Of a stretch of DNA of 64,000 nt, positions 62,260 to 64,000 are shown one piece after another. Numbering within the stretch: position 1 is the first letter of the stretch; each line of letters opens with the position of its first letter. The DNA comes from Glaucostegus cemiculus (taxonomy: Eukaryota): positions 6,944,001 through 7,008,000 of the forward strand of contig CDPCPM010000104.1 of assembly GCA_976551045.1 (NCBI GenBank), written 5' to 3'. A program made the translations under genes and the position numbers. A model generated the notes under the pieces. It worked only from the letters and a program-made list of their open reading frames with translations, searched no databases and was not told where the DNA came from.

Positions 62260-63695
62260 ATTTTTCATCTTATTTTACAAAATTTATTAATTTCCAAGAC
62301 GCATTTATTTATGAGTTTTTGACAATACAATAGGAAACTATGCACAATTCATTCATACACTGGCAAAATACAAAGTGGTTTCAGTACACATTCCAACGAC
62401 TTCTGCTTAAACAGTAGGGTTTCACCGTAACAATACCTCGGTCTTACAACTTCTTTACCAACTATGTTTAGGGTTCCACAAAAAGGAAAACGTGCTTCGC
62501 CGATGTTGCTTATTTTCAAATGGGAAATGCGCTTTGAATAACGTACTTGTGGCGTAAAACGATGTACTAAGAAACGTATTGCTCCTGACTATAAAACATG
62601 ACCAAGTCAATGAGTTAGAGTTTGATCTTTAGAGGTGGTTAATTATATATGTCACAGAGATAGGACAGAACCAATGTTTTACTATACATATTAACAACAA
62701 ATGAGTCAATTCCTAAAATGTTTTTAAACCGTATTCCTATTATTATCAATTTATTACAAACCAGTACCCATGTATATCAAAACAGGATCAAAATACAGAA
62801 AGAAAATTATGCTACATAGTCAAAACCTCCATTTATAAAACACTATAATTTACAGAACGCACGCTAATGATTTAAAATAATCTAAGAAAAAAAATGTACA
62901 CTGTCTAACTGCCCTGTGATGAAACACTTTGGTTCATTTATACAAAATGTGTTTTATTGTAACATTTTAAATAAATTATGTCAAAAAAAACAAGAACGAA
63001 TTGCTCAACACAGACATACGGTGCATATCAATACCAATATTTATATGATTTACAGGCTTATTCTGTAAAATGTCTCATACGAAGACGTTTGTAAAAATGT
63101 TTAAAGATTAGACAGGCTTTTAAACAGACAGTATCCATCTTGTTTTGGCCTACAAAGGCTCGTGTACATTACTATTCACATCAGGTGTATCTTCTAACGC
63201 TTTCCTGTCTTTCAAACAGCAACGTAATATACTCCCTTGACAAAACGATATCGCAGTTTGTTTCTTTTCCCCAATAGGTATAAAAATAGCAAAGAAAAAT
63301 TGAGAAGTAATTGGCCTTGTACAATACTTAATGAAAACAATCCTATAAGGTAGTGGGATGGGCAAGGTGTGAGGTGGGGTGGAGGGGGGGGGGGTAGGGG
63401 CACTTGCAAGTGATCGGAAATACTTTGCAGCTAAAGGTGCGTTATTCCTGACTATTGACTTCAACTTATGCAAGATTTTTATCAAGGATACTTCCTCTTT
63501 AATACATGTCTGCATCGTCTGGTGCATGCCAGTGCATTACATCATTTTCACATTACCTAGGCGCTGGGCCTCCAGAATCTCAAGTACTTCAAGTCAAATG
63601 TTGCGGCAAGTATGGGATTGCAAACATCTAATGAGCAAAGATTTACTTAAGATTTCTTATTGTGAACGCATGTCCAAATAGTCCTGTGGTTCTTG
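62260..63695 (-). other. zic4: Putative zic4 3' UTR with candidate poly(A) signals
   Basis: AT-rich sequence directly after the stop. Minus-strand AATAAA at 62958-62953, 62309-62304 and 62288-62283; the last is followed about 20 nt later by TGACTGTTTGCTG (GU-rich). The true 3' end cannot be fixed from sequence. Confidence 0.6.
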
Positions 63696-64000
63696 TTAGA
63701 GAATAGTTCTGGGATCAGAGTTTCTGTAAGAATGTTCTCCTGGTCCAGGTGATGATGAATTGCTTGGAGGAGTTGGAATACCACTTGCTCCTGTGCTCTG
63801 ACACACATACCATTCGCTCAGGTTAGCTGCGTGGGAAGATGTGATGGGGTCAAGCTGGGAGGCTGGAGCCGGGGGGTCCCGACCTGAGTCCGAAGACGGA
63901 GATACCAGCGAAGGGGTGGAGGATTCGTAGCCCGAGCTTGGAGGTGGAGATTTGCAGTGGACCTTCATGTGCTTACGAAGGGAACTGGGGTGCGTGTACG
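63696..64000 (-). CDS. zic4: Zic family C2H2 zinc-finger transcription factor, Zic4-type; last coding exon, 5'-truncated by window edge
   Basis: Minus frame reads [14 protein letters not shown] (end of Zic zinc finger 5), then [22 protein letters not shown] (Zic4-type tail) and NLSEWYVC (Zic C-terminal EWYV motif). Stop TAA at 63698-63696. Confidence 0.93.
   Translation of the reverse strand, partial: YTHPSSLRKHMKVHCKSPPPSSGYESSTPSLVSPSSDSGRDPPAPASQLDPITSSHAANLSEWYVCQSTGASGIPTPPSNSSSPGPGEHSYRNSDPRTIL

Noticed and set aside
63150-63681. ORFs of 125, 65 and 100 aa next to zic4
   Set aside because: They lie in the presumed 3' UTR, span a G/C run and show no domain similarity; likely chance.

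Overview
Vertebrate (elasmobranch, probably batoid; inferred from the repeat families) genomic DNA, almost all non-coding. The only clear protein-coding segment is the 3' end of a Zic4-type zinc-finger gene on the minus strand at the right edge (63696-64000), so the window is the Zic4 3' UTR plus about 62 kb of downstream gene desert. The window has two contrasting parts. From 1 to about 25.9 kb it is CpG-poor and dense in decayed retroelements: CR1, Rex1/Babar and RTE-like LINE fragments, V-SINEs, a DeuSINE-like element, and many small Penelope-derived elements with minimal hammerhead-ribozyme-like motifs, inverted termini and target-site duplications. This part also holds a 14 x 65-bp minisatellite and a 260-bp inverted duplication. 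From about 26 kb to 64 kb I recognise no transposons, and from about 29.1 kb CpGs are abruptly retained, as expected for an unmethylated developmental regulatory domain. This part has enhancer-like blocks and a candidate unannotated spliced minus-strand transcript or decayed gene (about 33.7 to 30 kb) behind an RFX X-box/ETS promoter-like cluster. All repeat family names and gene identities come from recalled motifs, not database searches.
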